Positions 10,421 to 21,178 of a DNA stretch of 64,000 nucleotides are shown in pieces; position 1 is the stretch's first letter, and the number at the start of each line of letters is the position of its first letter. Made by a program: the position numbers and the translations under genes. This DNA is from an uncultured delta proteobacterium (GTDB lineage: Bacteria; Desulfobacterota; Zymogenia; Zymogenales; Zymogenaceae), in assembly GCA_963792965.1 (NCBI GenBank), contig CAWBYW010000007.1, positions 640,001-704,000 on the forward strand, given 5' to 3'. The notes below the pieces were generated by a model. That model saw only the letters and a list, made by a program, of their open reading frames with translations. It did not search any database and was not told the origin of the DNA.

Positions 10421-11908
10421 TTGATATTCCTCTTTCCTTTGCCGTCTTATGGCGGCAGCGCGTACCTGCCCATCAGCGACCGGTATGTCTATCTGTCGGA
10501 ATCCCGCCAGACCGTCATAGCCGCATGGAACGGGACTGAGGAGGTCCTCATCCTCACGGCCGAGCCCGCGTCGTCGCGGGAGACAAAGGTCATCCGGTTC
10601 ATTCCCTTCCCCACAAAGCCGACCGTCGAGGATGTGCCTTCCGCGATCCTTGATCGGATCCAAAAATTAATCGCAAGAAATGCCCCCAAGATCGGCGTCT
10701 TTGTCGACGGCAGGAGGACGAACAAGAGCGCCGTGATCGGGATAGATCTGATGATCGAGACCAAGCTCGGACCTCATAATATCGCCGTCGTCAAAATCGA
10801 GAGCACGGAGGCGTTCGATCAGTGGATTACCGACTACCTCAAAAAGCAGGGGATCAAGGACCCGGCCCCGGATACCGGTAGGTACAAGGCCGTCGTCAAT
10901 GATTACCTGGCCCGAAACATCAAATACTTCGTCTTCGACGTCGTGACGGTGCCGGAAAAACCAACGGCGATAAATCCCCTCGCGTTCACCTTCGAGACGG
11001 ACTCATTGTTTGTCCCGTTCGTGATTTCATCGAGGAACTCGGGGAGTCCCCAGGTCGATCTCTTCCTGGTTACCCCCGGTGCGCCTAAGAAGTGGGTGAT
11101 CCCCTCCGCGTTTTCGCCGGTCACGTACAAATTCCCCGAGGGAATCGATTTCTCGAAAAATCCCGGGATAGTCGAGAAGTATAACCTCATGACCTTTTCG
11201 CCCGACCACCCGGTCGCCTTTCCGATGAGCCTGCTTGATCGCGTCTTTCTCTCCCCACTCATCGCCCGCGTCATCCCGGGGTGGAAGACGAAGGCCTACT
11301 TCACCGCCCTCAGGTACAAGGGATCCCTCTCATATCTTGGGTCCGATATCATGCTTACCGCGGCCGATCTCCAGTCCCCGGATTTTGACGCGGTCAAGAA
11401 GGCTGTCTCCGACGCAGATGAATTTCGGGAGAGAGTCCCGGAGGATATCTTCGATATGGTCGCCGGTCCGTCGGCCGTTCCGTTTGTGACCGGTGGAACC
11501 GATGCGTATACGTCGCGGGCGGCCGTCGACGGCGACCCATCTACTCCCTACATCCTCCCCCTCAAGGGCGAGTGGACCATCGACCTTTCGGACCGTCGAA
11601 GGATCGAGGGGATTGAGATCATCGCCGCCGTGACGAAGCCCGACATCGTGCCGTCAAAAAACAAACTCTATCTCTACGCTTCCGATACAGGGGAATTTAA
11701 GGGAGAAGAGCGGCGGGTGGATACCTGTGTGGTGCGCAGCTCCACGTCCACGAGGGATGTGGACGACCCGTCCCGTCGGGCGGAAAAAGTAGTGCTCACG
11801 GACAGGACCTTTTCCGCCCGATGGCTGAAGATCAAATACTCCTATTCGGAGTCGATCAGCAATCTCTATCTCTTCGAGGTGATGATCTGGGGCGATAAGG
11901 AAAGATAG
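10421..11908 (+). CDS. Exported DUF2330-like protein with a C-terminal discoidin/F5-8-like domain (true start may be ATG 10366 with an indel)
   Basis: Q.VIAAWNGTEEVLIL, FIPFPTKPTV; C-terminal AVDGDPST..WTIDL..ARWLKI..LFEVMIWG. Confidence 0.6.
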   Translation: MIFLFPLPSYGGSAYLPISDRYVYLSESRQTVIAAWNGTEEVLILTAEPASSRETKVIRFIPFPTKPTVEDVPSAILDRIQKLIARNAPKIGVFVDGRRTNKSAVIGIDLMIETKLGPHNIAVVKIESTEAFDQWITDYLKKQGIKDPAPDTGRYKAVVNDYLARNIKYFVFDVVTVPEKPTAINPLAFTFETDSLFVPFVISSRNSGSPQVDLFLVTPGAPKKWVIPSAFSPVTYKFPEGIDFSKNPGIVEKYNLMTFSPDHPVAFPMSLLDRVFLSPLIARVIPGWKTKAYFTALRYKGSLSYLGSDIMLTAADLQSPDFDAVKKAVSDADEFRERVPEDIFDMVAGPSAVPFVTGGTDAYTSRAAVDGDPSTPYILPLKGEWTIDLSDRRRIEGIEIIAAVTKPDIVPSKNKLYLYASDTGEFKGEERRVDTCVVRSSTSTRDVDDPSRRAEKVVLTDRTFSARWLKIKYSYSESISNLYLFEVMIWGDKER

Positions 11909-12054
11909 TCGGTCCCGGGCGTTCACCCTCGTACACGCGCACGATTCCCCACCCTGTATGACCAAAAGTCTCACCCTCAACCCCCACGGATCTCCCCTCA
12001 AAGCACGAAGGATGCGGGACTGATATCGGTCTTATCTCCGCCGTGTCGGCGTGC

Positions 12055-12729
12055 TCACGCCCCCGGCGGCGCACCCGCCCCGCGGTCACGTTTCCTTTCC
12101 GGCCGGCACGCCCCCGATCGCACCTGTCTGACGATATCCCCGATCTCTGCGACCTCTTCGTTAAACTCCGTGAAGGCTTTCCCCACGCCCCAGGGGAAGT
12201 GTGCGTCGCTCCCGCCGACCTCCGGGACGCCGTAAGGGTTATAGAAGACGCCCCTTGACCCGTTGAACCGCTCGATTGCGTGGGGCCGCGCCTTCGGATA
12301 GGTGTGCGGGTGGGCAAGGACAACAAGCGCCCCCGTGCGTTCGGCGGCCCCGATCACCTCGTCGACCTCAAAGTCCATCCGGCCCAGCCCGCCGGGGAGC
12401 GTGTCGATAAAGATTGAGATATCCGGCGGATAGACCAGGAGGTCGCCCTCACGGGTGGTGACCTCCATGCCGAGGAGCATGATAAGCCCGCGATCCCGAA
12501 AGGCCGCTGCGAGATTGTCGTAGGCATCCGGCGCGAGCGCGTTCTCCGCCCAGCCGAAGTTATGGTCGGTGACGACCACGCCGTCAAGCCCCTCGATCTC
12601 GGCGTAGCGCGGGATATCCAGCGGGTCGTAAAAGGCGCACGGGGAGCCGATCCGCGTGTGGACGTGGAGGTCAATACGGGAGCCTTGAGCGGCCCGATCA
12701 ACTTTCTTCTCCGTTTTATCTTTTTTCAC
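12055..12729 (-). CDS. PHP-domain metal-dependent phosphoesterase
   Basis: IDLHVHT, VTDHN, GMEVTT, AHP, GGSDAH. Confidence 0.85.
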   Translation of the reverse strand: MKKDKTEKKVDRAAQGSRIDLHVHTRIGSPCAFYDPLDIPRYAEIEGLDGVVVTDHNFGWAENALAPDAYDNLAAAFRDRGLIMLLGMEVTTREGDLLVYPPDISIFIDTLPGGLGRMDFEVDEVIGAAERTGALVVLAHPHTYPKARPHAIERFNGSRGVFYNPYGVPEVGGSDAHFPWGVGKAFTEFNEEVAEIGDIVRQVRSGACRPERKRDRGAGAPPGA

Positions 12730-12751
12730 GGTCCAAAGCCATGAGTTTCAT

Positions 12752-13570
12752 CTATCCAACGGGCGCGTAAGATACCTCCCTGGTTATCACGATACCCAGC
12801 TCACGGTGTCTTCGAAGGAGCGACACCGGAAAACGGGGCGAGATGTCGCCGAACAAAAAGAGCCTGACCGCCGCCCGCTGCCAGGGATGGTTCATGAAGA
12901 CGACGATCCGCCGGGCCGAGAGGATCTCGGCCATCCCGACGGTAACGGCCCGTTTCGGGATATAGTCGATGGCCCCACCCGCCTCCGTGACCGCGTTGAT
13001 CGTCCTGGTCTCGGGCCTGAGCGAGACGATCCGGGTGGTCAACTGAGAGAATTCTTCCGTGCTCATGCCCGGCTCCGGCTCGTTAAAGGCGACGTGCCCA
13101 TCGATCCCGACGCCGCACAGGGCCACATCGATCCCGCCTGCCCTCTCGATCCGTCGACCGTAGTCTTCGGGACACCCGGGCTCGGGGAACAACACCCGCG
13201 CCGGGTCAAATCCGCCCGTGCCTCGCAGCGGCTCCGTCAGGTTCTTGGCCACGAAGCCCCTGAACGACAGGGGGTGATCTTCGGGGACGTAGCCGTCGTC
13301 GTCGAGAATATACTCGTCCATGAAGAAGAAGGTCGTCCCCGACAGGTCGATCGGCCCCGCCTTGGCCAGTTTGACGAACTCGGGGTATCCCCCCCGCGGC
13401 CCGACCGGCAGGATCAGGCTTGTCGCCTTCTTATTCCGGTTGTTCTTCCGTATCTCATCTGCCATCTCGAGCGCAAAACGCCGGGAGAGCGCCGCATCGT
13501 TGGGCACGATCTCAACCGGTATACCACCCGCACGCGACAGCGCCTCCGGGGCGACGGAGAGGATCTCCAT
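12752..13570 (-). CDS. nagB: Glucosamine-6-phosphate deaminase/isomerase-like protein
   Basis: FFMDEY, HPLSF, GGIDVALCGVGIDGHVAFNEP, AVTVGM. Confidence 0.75.
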   Translation of the reverse strand: MEILSVAPEALSRAGGIPVEIVPNDAALSRRFALEMADEIRKNNRNKKATSLILPVGPRGGYPEFVKLAKAGPIDLSGTTFFFMDEYILDDDGYVPEDHPLSFRGFVAKNLTEPLRGTGGFDPARVLFPEPGCPEDYGRRIERAGGIDVALCGVGIDGHVAFNEPEPGMSTEEFSQLTTRIVSLRPETRTINAVTEAGGAIDYIPKRAVTVGMAEILSARRIVVFMNHPWQRAAVRLFLFGDISPRFPVSLLRRHRELGIVITREVSYAPVG

Positions 13571-13597
13571 GAGCCGGCTCTTCTTGTGTGGCGGCGG

Positions 13598-14452
13598 TCA
13601 TTTCGGTGTCACGGCCGTCGGGTTTCTCGTGGCCTTATCCAACAGCGCGCGTGCCCCCTCATACTCCCGTCGGGCCCCCCAGGGTGAGTTCATCCCATAG
13701 AGCGCGCCGGAGAGCACCAGATGCAACAGTACGGAGTCCGGCCGGCGCTTGATCTCCTTATCCAATAGCTGCCCTTCCTCCATGAAGAGCCCCGACCCCT
13801 CCAGTGTGAGGGCGATCAGCGCGGCCTCCTCCTCGGACCCCGACATCCCCCGCTCCCGGCACCATTCCCTCACGGCATCGAGGTCCTCCGTGACCCTTTT
13901 GCCTGCCTCGTCGGAAAGGAGCGTGAACTTCGGCCGCAGCTGGGGGCGTGAGGAGAGGTGCAGGCCGCATCGCTCGACGCACAGCGAGACGTCCCACGAA
14001 TATTCGATGTCGGGAAGAAACGCGGCCTCCGACTCGGAAACGGTCGCCCGGTGCGCCGATCCCATTTCGCGTTTTATTACTTCGTTGTCGCCACGATAGA
14101 TGTGGAGGATATAGTCCCTCCCCCTCTCGGCGAGGTTCCAGCGAAACGTCCGGTCCCACGCTTCCGGGCGGATCTTCGTGTTTCGGGGCGAGAGCAGGAA
14201 TATCTCATCGCTGTTCTTGCCCTCCTCCTTGGCCGCGAAGACAGGCGGATACGCGATCTTCTGCTCGATCCGTTCCCTGAGAGACGCAAACGGCTCGCCC
14301 TTCGTATCGGCGACTTTCACAAGGAGCCCGCGCCAAACCGGGGACGACCACGGCTCCGGGCTACCCGGCGCCGGGCGGGGGAAGAGCGCGCAAGAGACCA
14401 CGAATAATTGAACCAGCATCACTACGGCACATCGCGCTGCGGCACGTCTCAT
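13598..14452 (-). CDS. Hypothetical lipoprotein
   Basis: Hydrophobic leader ending VVSC; co-oriented with and closely spaced to nagB. Confidence 0.6.
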   Translation of the reverse strand: MRRAAARCAVVMLVQLFVVSCALFPRPAPGSPEPWSSPVWRGLLVKVADTKGEPFASLRERIEQKIAYPPVFAAKEEGKNSDEIFLLSPRNTKIRPEAWDRTFRWNLAERGRDYILHIYRGDNEVIKREMGSAHRATVSESEAAFLPDIEYSWDVSLCVERCGLHLSSRPQLRPKFTLLSDEAGKRVTEDLDAVREWCRERGMSGSEEEAALIALTLEGSGLFMEEGQLLDKEIKRRPDSVLLHLVLSGALYGMNSPWGARREYEGARALLDKATRNPTAVTPK

Positions 14453-14823
14453 AAGACTTCCCTTCCAGGTGTTTTTCCCGAAGCCGAGACAACGGGGGAC
14501 GCCTCGGGTTCCGTGTCGGGCCCCGCTTCCTTACTATTTACTATACCTCAACTTCTATTGGCGGACAACCTTTTACCTTGAAAAACAGATTCGAATCGGT
14601 TTGCTGCCCCGCTCATCCGGTCTTCTTCACAATGCCGGCGATGCTCTCTCTTGTCGCCAACCCGGAACGTGGCAACGCCGGGCCTCAAGAGCATAGCGTC
14701 GGGGACGGCGGTCTTTGTTATCTATGTGCCCGGAGGAGCCCGGCCGGGTGGGATTATCTCCGGCGGCCCCGGGAAAACGGCTATCCCTCCCGGTCCGAAA
14801 ATAGGCCTCCGTCACGAAAAGTG

Positions 14824-14852
14824 TTGACAAGCCCTGCTGACTCTGCTATATA
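14824..14852 (+). promoter_or_regulatory. Sigma70 promoter of the fatty-acid operon
   Basis: TTGACA-N17-TATATA. Confidence 0.65.
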
Positions 14853-14861
14853 GGCATAAAG

Positions 14862-14880
14862 CTTAAAGTTATACTTTAAG
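14862..14880. promoter_or_regulatory. Palindromic operator
   Basis: CTTAAAGT-TAT-ACTTTAAG, a perfect inverted repeat just downstream of the -10 box. Confidence 0.7.
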
Positions 14881-14965
14881 TTGCTCATATGCAGGCAGCT
14901 CAGAATCGAAAACCGATAGCCGATCGTACAGTCGGCACCGTACCCATACAGAACAGGAGGACCTC

Positions 14966-15955
14966 ATGTTCAAGACCAGGATCACCGAGATGTTCGGCGT
15001 CAAGTATCCTATCATCTGCGGCGCCATGATGTGGCTGTGTACCCCCAAGCTTTGCGCCGCTATCTCCAAGGCCGGCGGCATCGGAAACATCACCGCGGGC
15101 AACTACAACACCGAAGACGAATTCAGAAATGCCATTAAGGAGACAAGGAAGCTCACCGATAAGCCCTTTACCGTCGGCATCACGATCCTTCCTTCCGTGC
15201 GCATCTCTCCGGAACACCATAAAATGTACGTCAAGGTCTGCGCCGAAGAGCACGTAGCGGCCGTCGAGATCTCAGGCGCGCCGCTCGATCGCGGCATCGG
15301 CCCGGATGCCATCGAGACGCTCAAGAAGGCGAACGTGAAGATCTTCCACAAGGTCGGCTCGGTCCGGCACGCCGTACACGCCGAAAAGGTCGGTTACGAC
15401 GGCATCTATGCCGCCGGCATCGAGGAGGGCGGCCATCCCCTCAATGACGACGTCACCACCATGATCCTCACCCCGCGGATCGTCGACTCGGTGAAGATCC
15501 CCGTGGTCACCGTGGGCGGCATCAGCGACGGTCGGTCGGTCGCCGCGGCGCTGACGCTCGGCGCCGAGGGCGTCATGATGGCCAGCCGCTTCATCGCCAC
15601 CAAAGAGTGCGTCTGCCACGAGAACATCAAGAAGGAGCTGATCAAGCGGCAGGAGTTTGAGACCACGCTCTTCGGAAAAAGCATCGGGCTGCAGGGCCGT
15701 GGCCTGAAAAATAAGAACATCACGGATATCCTGGCTATCGAGGCGCGCGGTGGCGGCCTCGAGGAGCTCATCCCCCTCATGGGAGGTGAGCGTATAAAGA
15801 ACTCGTGGGACAACGGCGACGTCGACTACGCCCCCCTCATGGTGGGCCAGTCCATCGGCCTCATCAACGACATCCCGACCGTGCAGGAGCTGCTTGACCG
15901 GATGGCGAAAGGGGCGGTAGAGCAGCTCCAGAAAACGCAGAAGAAGGTAAGCTGA
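14966..15955 (+). CDS. Nitronate monooxygenase / FabK-like flavoprotein
   Basis: KTRITEMFGVKYPII, GIEEGGH, VGGISDGR, GQSIGLINDIP. Confidence 0.88.
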   Translation: MFKTRITEMFGVKYPIICGAMMWLCTPKLCAAISKAGGIGNITAGNYNTEDEFRNAIKETRKLTDKPFTVGITILPSVRISPEHHKMYVKVCAEEHVAAVEISGAPLDRGIGPDAIETLKKANVKIFHKVGSVRHAVHAEKVGYDGIYAAGIEEGGHPLNDDVTTMILTPRIVDSVKIPVVTVGGISDGRSVAAALTLGAEGVMMASRFIATKECVCHENIKKELIKRQEFETTLFGKSIGLQGRGLKNKNITDILAIEARGGGLEELIPLMGGERIKNSWDNGDVDYAPLMVGQSIGLINDIPTVQELLDRMAKGAVEQLQKTQKKVS

Positions 15956-16011
15956 GGTTTCACGGCGGCTCCCCCGATGACCCGTCGTTGGGCCGTAGCA
16001 AGGAGAACACG

Positions 16012-16821
16012 ATGTCCGAAAAAATGGTCCTCGGAGAAAAGAAAGGAAACATTTTCTATCTGACCCTCAACCGGCCGGACAAGAGGAACGCCATCTCCTT
16101 CGACATGCTCCAGACGATGTCCGAGATGCTCGATGACCTGGTGGTCGATCCCGATATCCGGGCGATCATCGTCAAGGGCGAGGGGAAGGTCTTCTCGGCC
16201 GGGGTCGATTTCAATTCGCTCGGGATGCTGGTCAGTCGCTTCATGCCCGATTCCGCGGCCGGCGGCGGCCCGATCCGGGCCGATATCCACAAGTACCAGC
16301 AATTCATGAACCGATTCGAGACCGTCGAGATCCCCATCATCTGCGCCATCCACAACCGCATCTACGGGATGGGCGTGGAGTTCACGCTCGCCTGCGATAT
16401 CCGGCTCATGAGCGACGACTGCCTGTGGGGGATGCAGGAGCTCAAATTCGGCGTCATCCCCGACCTCGGCGGCACGGCCCGCCTCGCGCGCATCGTCGGC
16501 CAGTCCCGCGCGATGGAGATCCTCATGACGGGCCGCATGTATACGGCGCAGCAGGCGCTCGACTGGGGGCTGGTCAACTACATCTACCCGCCCGACCAGC
16601 TGCTCGCCGAGGCGGAGAAGCTCGCGCAGGATATCACGAAAAACGCCCCCCTGGCCGTCGGTGCCGCCAAGAAGGTCATCAAGCGGGGAGAGGGAGTCGA
16701 CCTGATGACTCATCTGGACATGGAGGTAAATCTCCAGAGCATCCTTCTGCGCAGCGACGACTTCAAGGAGGGCGTGCAGGCCCTCATGGAGAAACGGGAC
16801 CCCCAATGGAAAAGGAAATAG
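16012..16821 (+). CDS. Enoyl-CoA hydratase/isomerase (crotonase)
   Basis: TLNRPDKRNAI, FSAGVD, LACDIR, ELKFGVIPDLGG, DFKEGV. Confidence 0.92.
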   Translation: MSEKMVLGEKKGNIFYLTLNRPDKRNAISFDMLQTMSEMLDDLVVDPDIRAIIVKGEGKVFSAGVDFNSLGMLVSRFMPDSAAGGGPIRADIHKYQQFMNRFETVEIPIICAIHNRIYGMGVEFTLACDIRLMSDDCLWGMQELKFGVIPDLGGTARLARIVGQSRAMEILMTGRMYTAQQALDWGLVNYIYPPDQLLAEAEKLAQDITKNAPLAVGAAKKVIKRGEGVDLMTHLDMEVNLQSILLRSDDFKEGVQALMEKRDPQWKRK

Positions 16822-16857
16822 CGTTACATCATACACACTCTATACCGAGGATGAGAA

Positions 16858-17334
16858 ATGATCGAAGAAAAGTATAAGGCGATCGCCGACTACTGCCAGA
16901 ACGGCATCCCGGCCATAAAGCGGACGGGACTGCGGATTACCGACATGCGCGACCGCTACGTCAAGATGGTCATGCCGATTGAGGGCAATTCCAACCACAT
17001 CGGGATCATGTACGCCGGGTCCCTCTTCTCCATCGGGGAGATATCGGGCGGCGTCATCCACGGGGCGAGCTTCGACACCGACAAGTACGTGCCGATCGTC
17101 AAAGAGGTCAATATCCGCTTTCGGCGGCCGGCCGTTACCGACGTGACGCTTGAGGTCACCATCACCAAGGAAGAGGCCGCGCGAATCCAGAAGGAAGCCG
17201 CCGAGAAGGGAAAGGCCGACTTTGCGCTCGACCTCGAGATCAAGGACGCCAACGGCGAGGCGGTCTCCATCGTCCACGGCATCTGGCAGATCAGGACGAT
17301 GCCCGAGGGTATCAAGAGCCCGTTCCCGAAATAG
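16858..17334 (+). CDS. PaaI/YiiD-type thioesterase
   Basis: NSNHIGIMYAGSLF, IRFRRPA. Confidence 0.8.
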   Translation: MIEEKYKAIADYCQNGIPAIKRTGLRITDMRDRYVKMVMPIEGNSNHIGIMYAGSLFSIGEISGGVIHGASFDTDKYVPIVKEVNIRFRRPAVTDVTLEVTITKEEAARIQKEAAEKGKADFALDLEIKDANGEAVSIVHGIWQIRTMPEGIKSPFPK

Positions 17335-17534
17335 ACCTCAACAAGGCGCGGCCTTCCCGGGGCCCCGGTCATTCCCACACGAGTCCTGCTTGCATGGGTT
17401 CGCCGGGGGAAAGAGAGAGCCGCGTTTCGATTTCATGAAAGGCGGCGCTCTCCTCTTCAGCTCGTCCGAGAAATGAGCTCCCCTCAGGCTCCCCGGGAAA
17501 GCCGAGGCTTTTACCGGAGAGAAAAAGGAAAGTC

Positions 17535-19541
17535 ATGGATTTCATCAAGCTCTTCGAGCCGATCACGATTAACAAAACAAAGATCAAGAACCGGATCGTC
17601 ATGCCGGCGATGGGCCTCTTCTATACCGACGATTACTCCTTCAACGAGCGCTACCACGGCTTCTACCGCGAGCGCGCCAAAGGAGGGGTCGGCCTGATGA
17701 TCGTGGGCCCCTCGCGATCGACCTTGGTCGGGAGCGCCCGATTTATGCCCGGCATCTTCGACGACTCGCACATCGGGCCCCTCAAGAAATTCGTGGACGA
17801 GATGCATAAGACGACCGATGTGACCGTCGGGACCCAGCTCTTCCAGATGGGCCGCTACGCCTTTTCGTACTATTCCGGCATGGCTCCAATCGCCCCGTCG
17901 GCGATCCCGAGCCGCCTTACCGGCGAGACGCCGCGGGAAATGACCAAAGACGACATCGAGACGGTCAAGGAATCGTTCGCCGGCGCCGCCCGGCGCGCCC
18001 AAGAAGCGGGCTTTGACTATATCGAGATCATCGCCTGTACCGGCTACCTCATCAGCCAGTTCCTGTCCCCCGTCACCAACAAGCGGACCGACGACTACGG
18101 CGGGTCCATCGAAAACCGGATGCGGTTCGGGCTGGAAGTGATCAAGAAGGTGAGAGAGGCCGTGGGCCCGCATCAGGCCATCGGGATCAGGATCGCGGGA
18201 AACGACTTCATGGACGGCGGCCACACGAACACCGAGTCCGCCCTCTTTGCCGCCGCGGCCGAGCATGCGGGCGTCGACGCCGTCAACGTCACCGGCGGGT
18301 GGCACGAGACCTATGTCCCCCAGCTGACCACCAACGTCCCCCCCGGCGTCTTCGTCTACCTCGCCCGCGGGATAAAGGAGAAAGTCACCGTCCCGGTATT
18401 TGCCTCAAACCGGCTGGGCGATCCCGAGCTCGCCGAGAAGGTGCTGCGGGCGGGCTCGGCCGATATGATCTGCTGGGCGCGGCCCCTGATCGCCGACCCG
18501 GAGCTCCCCAACAAGGTGCGCGAGGGGAGGCTTGACGAGATCACCTGGTGCGTCTCCTGTAACCAGGGATGTTTCGACGCGATCTTTTACCGCACCTCCG
18601 TCGGATGCGTACTGAATCCCGCCGCCGGGAGGGAGAACGAGGTCTCGCTGAGGGCTGCCGACAAGAAGAAGAGGATCCTGGTTGCCGGCGGAGGGCCGGG
18701 GGGCATGGAGTTCGCCCTGACGGCCGCCCGGCGCGGGCATACCGTGACCCTGTTTGAGAAGGAAGACCGCCTCGGCGGGCAGATAAACCTCGCCAAGACC
18801 CCGCCGGGAAAACGGGAGCTTGTCCGCATCATCGACAGCATGCGCGACCGGATGAAACATTTCGGTGTCGTGGTGAACACCGGATTTCCCCTCACCTCCG
18901 AAGTAGTCAGGGAAGAACGGCCCGACTATCTTGTCGTCGCCACGGGGGCGCGCCCGATCGACATTCGCGTCCCCGGCATCGATAAGCCCCACGTGGTGAG
19001 CGCCTGGGACGTGCTGTCAGACAGGGTGGCCGAGATCGGCAAGAAGGTCGTCATCGTCGGCGGGAGCGCCACGGGCTGCGAGACCGCGCACACCATCGCC
19101 TCGATGGGCGTGCCCGACGCCGAGGCCTTCACGTTCCTGATGTACCACCACGCCGAGGACCCCGCCTATGCCATGGACCTCCTCCACAAGCCGGGCCGGG
19201 AGGTGACGGTGATCGACCTGGTAGAGCGGATGGCCGACAACGTCAGCAAGACCGCCCGCTGGTCGCTCATGAAGAGCCTCAAACTCATGGGGGTGAGCCT
19301 CATGCCCAAGACGAAACTCTGCGAGATCACGGACGACGCCGTAATCGTCGAGACCCACACGGGCAAACAGACGATCCCGGCCGACACCGTCGTGATCGCC
19401 GTGGGGGCGCACTCCGTCAATGACCTTGTCGAGGCAGCAAAGGCCGACGGGATAAAGGTCATCACCATCGGTGACGCCAAGGCCCCCCGAAAGATCATGG
19501 ACGCCGTGCGCGAAGGCTTTGACGAGGCACTGACGATATAG
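17535..19541 (+). CDS. fadH: 2,4-dienoyl-CoA reductase-like NADH:flavin oxidoreductase (OYE + Fe-S + FAD)
   Basis: KNRIVMPAM, GYLISQFLSP.TNKRTDDYGGS.ENR, CVSCNQGC, GGGPGG. A compensated indel pair is likely at 17710-17727. Confidence 0.85.
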   Translation: MDFIKLFEPITINKTKIKNRIVMPAMGLFYTDDYSFNERYHGFYRERAKGGVGLMIVGPSRSTLVGSARFMPGIFDDSHIGPLKKFVDEMHKTTDVTVGTQLFQMGRYAFSYYSGMAPIAPSAIPSRLTGETPREMTKDDIETVKESFAGAARRAQEAGFDYIEIIACTGYLISQFLSPVTNKRTDDYGGSIENRMRFGLEVIKKVREAVGPHQAIGIRIAGNDFMDGGHTNTESALFAAAAEHAGVDAVNVTGGWHETYVPQLTTNVPPGVFVYLARGIKEKVTVPVFASNRLGDPELAEKVLRAGSADMICWARPLIADPELPNKVREGRLDEITWCVSCNQGCFDAIFYRTSVGCVLNPAAGRENEVSLRAADKKKRILVAGGGPGGMEFALTAARRGHTVTLFEKEDRLGGQINLAKTPPGKRELVRIIDSMRDRMKHFGVVVNTGFPLTSEVVREERPDYLVVATGARPIDIRVPGIDKPHVVSAWDVLSDRVAEIGKKVVIVGGSATGCETAHTIASMGVPDAEAFTFLMYHHAEDPAYAMDLLHKPGREVTVIDLVERMADNVSKTARWSLMKSLKLMGVSLMPKTKLCEITDDAVIVETHTGKQTIPADTVVIAVGAHSVNDLVEAAKADGIKVITIGDAKAPRKIMDAVREGFDEALTI

Positions 19542-19658
19542 GGCCCCGCAGGGGAAAAAGGCGGCTTATTGGTCTCTTCCCGGACAGGTAAAATAGGCCT
19601 ACCGGACAAATTCCTGACGTCTCGCTACATCGGGAATCAATTATAACTACGGAGTCAT

Positions 19659-21164
19659 ATGATGCCTAAACAGTACGACGCAGTCGTCATCGGCGCCGGG
19701 CTCGGTGGCCTCTCGGCGGCGACGTTCCTTGCCAAGAACGGGAGGAGCGTGCTGCTCCTTGAGCGACACAACATTCCCGGCGGATACGCCACCTCGTTCT
19801 GCCGGGGGCGCTTTGAGTTCGACGTCTCGCTCCACGAGCTCTCGGGCATCGGGACCCCGGATGCGCGCGGGAGTCTCTATAATTACCTCGACTACCTCGG
19901 CGTCGCCCAGAAGATGAAATTCCTTCACATGCCCGACCTCTTCCGGGTGGCCGATGATAGGATGGACCTCACCATCCCCGCCGGGAGGGACAAGTGCCAG
20001 GAATACTTCATCAGCAATTTCCCCAAGCAGGCCGCCCAGATCGAGAAATATTTCGAAACGGTCAAGGATTTTTCGGCCGAGTTCTCGGGCGTCGTGATCG
20101 GCGCGGCGAGTAGATCCACCGACCTTTCTCCCGAGAAATTCCCTAACTTCGTCAAATACGGCATGAAGACCTATAAGGAGGTCGTCGACACGATCATTAC
20201 CGACGAAACGCTCAAGGCCGCCCTCTCGCCCTACTGGGGCTACGCGGGCCTGCCTCCCTCCAAGATTCCGTTCCACCTGATGGCATCCATCTGGGAGACG
20301 TTCCTCCAGGATCCGCCCAACCATATCCGCGGACGGTGCCAGGCACTTTCCAACGCCTTTGTCGACACCTTCACCGGGCTCGGCGGAGAGGTGAAATTCA
20401 ACTGCGGCGCCAAGAAGATCGTCACCAGAGACGGGAAGGTCTCCGGCGTGATCACCGATGATGATCGGGAGATAGGCACGAAAGTCGTCGTCTCCAACGC
20501 GAACCCTCTGTTCACCATGATCAACCTCGTGGGCGGCGAACACACGCCCCGGAACTATATGCAGGACCTCAACAGCCGCCTCCCCGGGTTTTCGACCGTC
20601 AATGTCTTCCTGGGGCTTGACTGCCCGCCTGAGACGATCGGGGCCAGGGTCCACGAGAACTTCCTCAACTTCTCCCGCGACATCGACGCGATCTGGGAAA
20701 AGGGATTTACGCTCGCGCCCCCCGAAGGGATCCTTGTCACCAACTATAATGTCACCGATCCCGAGTTTTCCCCTCCCGGCACCTCGGTCATGGTCATGAT
20801 CGCCGGCTCCTACTCACGCCCGTGGTATCTGTTGCCGCCCGAGCAATATGTGGACGCCAAGAACGCCTTCGCGCGGGGGATGTTAGATGTCGCCGAGAAG
20901 TACTACCCCGGGCTCAATGACCATATCGAGGTCATTGAGGTCGCCACCCCCATCACCAACATGCGCTACACCGGTAACATCGGCGGGGCCATCTACGGCT
21001 TCGAGAGTATCGTATCCGACTCGGGGATCCTTCGCATCCGCCACAACACCCCCATCGACGGGCTCTTCTTCGCCTCGGCATGGACGATCCCCGGCGGCGG
21101 CTATCAGCCGTCTATTTCGTCGGGATCCATTGCCGGCGGCAGGGCGCTTAAAAAACTACTGTAA
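19659..21164 (+). CDS. Phytoene desaturase-family (COG1233) FAD oxidoreductase
   Basis: VVIGAGLGGL, ERHNIPGGY, EVATPIT..RYTGN.GGAIYG, PGGG. Confidence 0.85.
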   Translation: MMPKQYDAVVIGAGLGGLSAATFLAKNGRSVLLLERHNIPGGYATSFCRGRFEFDVSLHELSGIGTPDARGSLYNYLDYLGVAQKMKFLHMPDLFRVADDRMDLTIPAGRDKCQEYFISNFPKQAAQIEKYFETVKDFSAEFSGVVIGAASRSTDLSPEKFPNFVKYGMKTYKEVVDTIITDETLKAALSPYWGYAGLPPSKIPFHLMASIWETFLQDPPNHIRGRCQALSNAFVDTFTGLGGEVKFNCGAKKIVTRDGKVSGVITDDDREIGTKVVVSNANPLFTMINLVGGEHTPRNYMQDLNSRLPGFSTVNVFLGLDCPPETIGARVHENFLNFSRDIDAIWEKGFTLAPPEGILVTNYNVTDPEFSPPGTSVMVMIAGSYSRPWYLLPPEQYVDAKNAFARGMLDVAEKYYPGLNDHIEVIEVATPITNMRYTGNIGGAIYGFESIVSDSGILRIRHNTPIDGLFFASAWTIPGGGYQPSISSGSIAGGRALKKLL

Positions 21165-21178
21165 GGGAGACGATCCTC

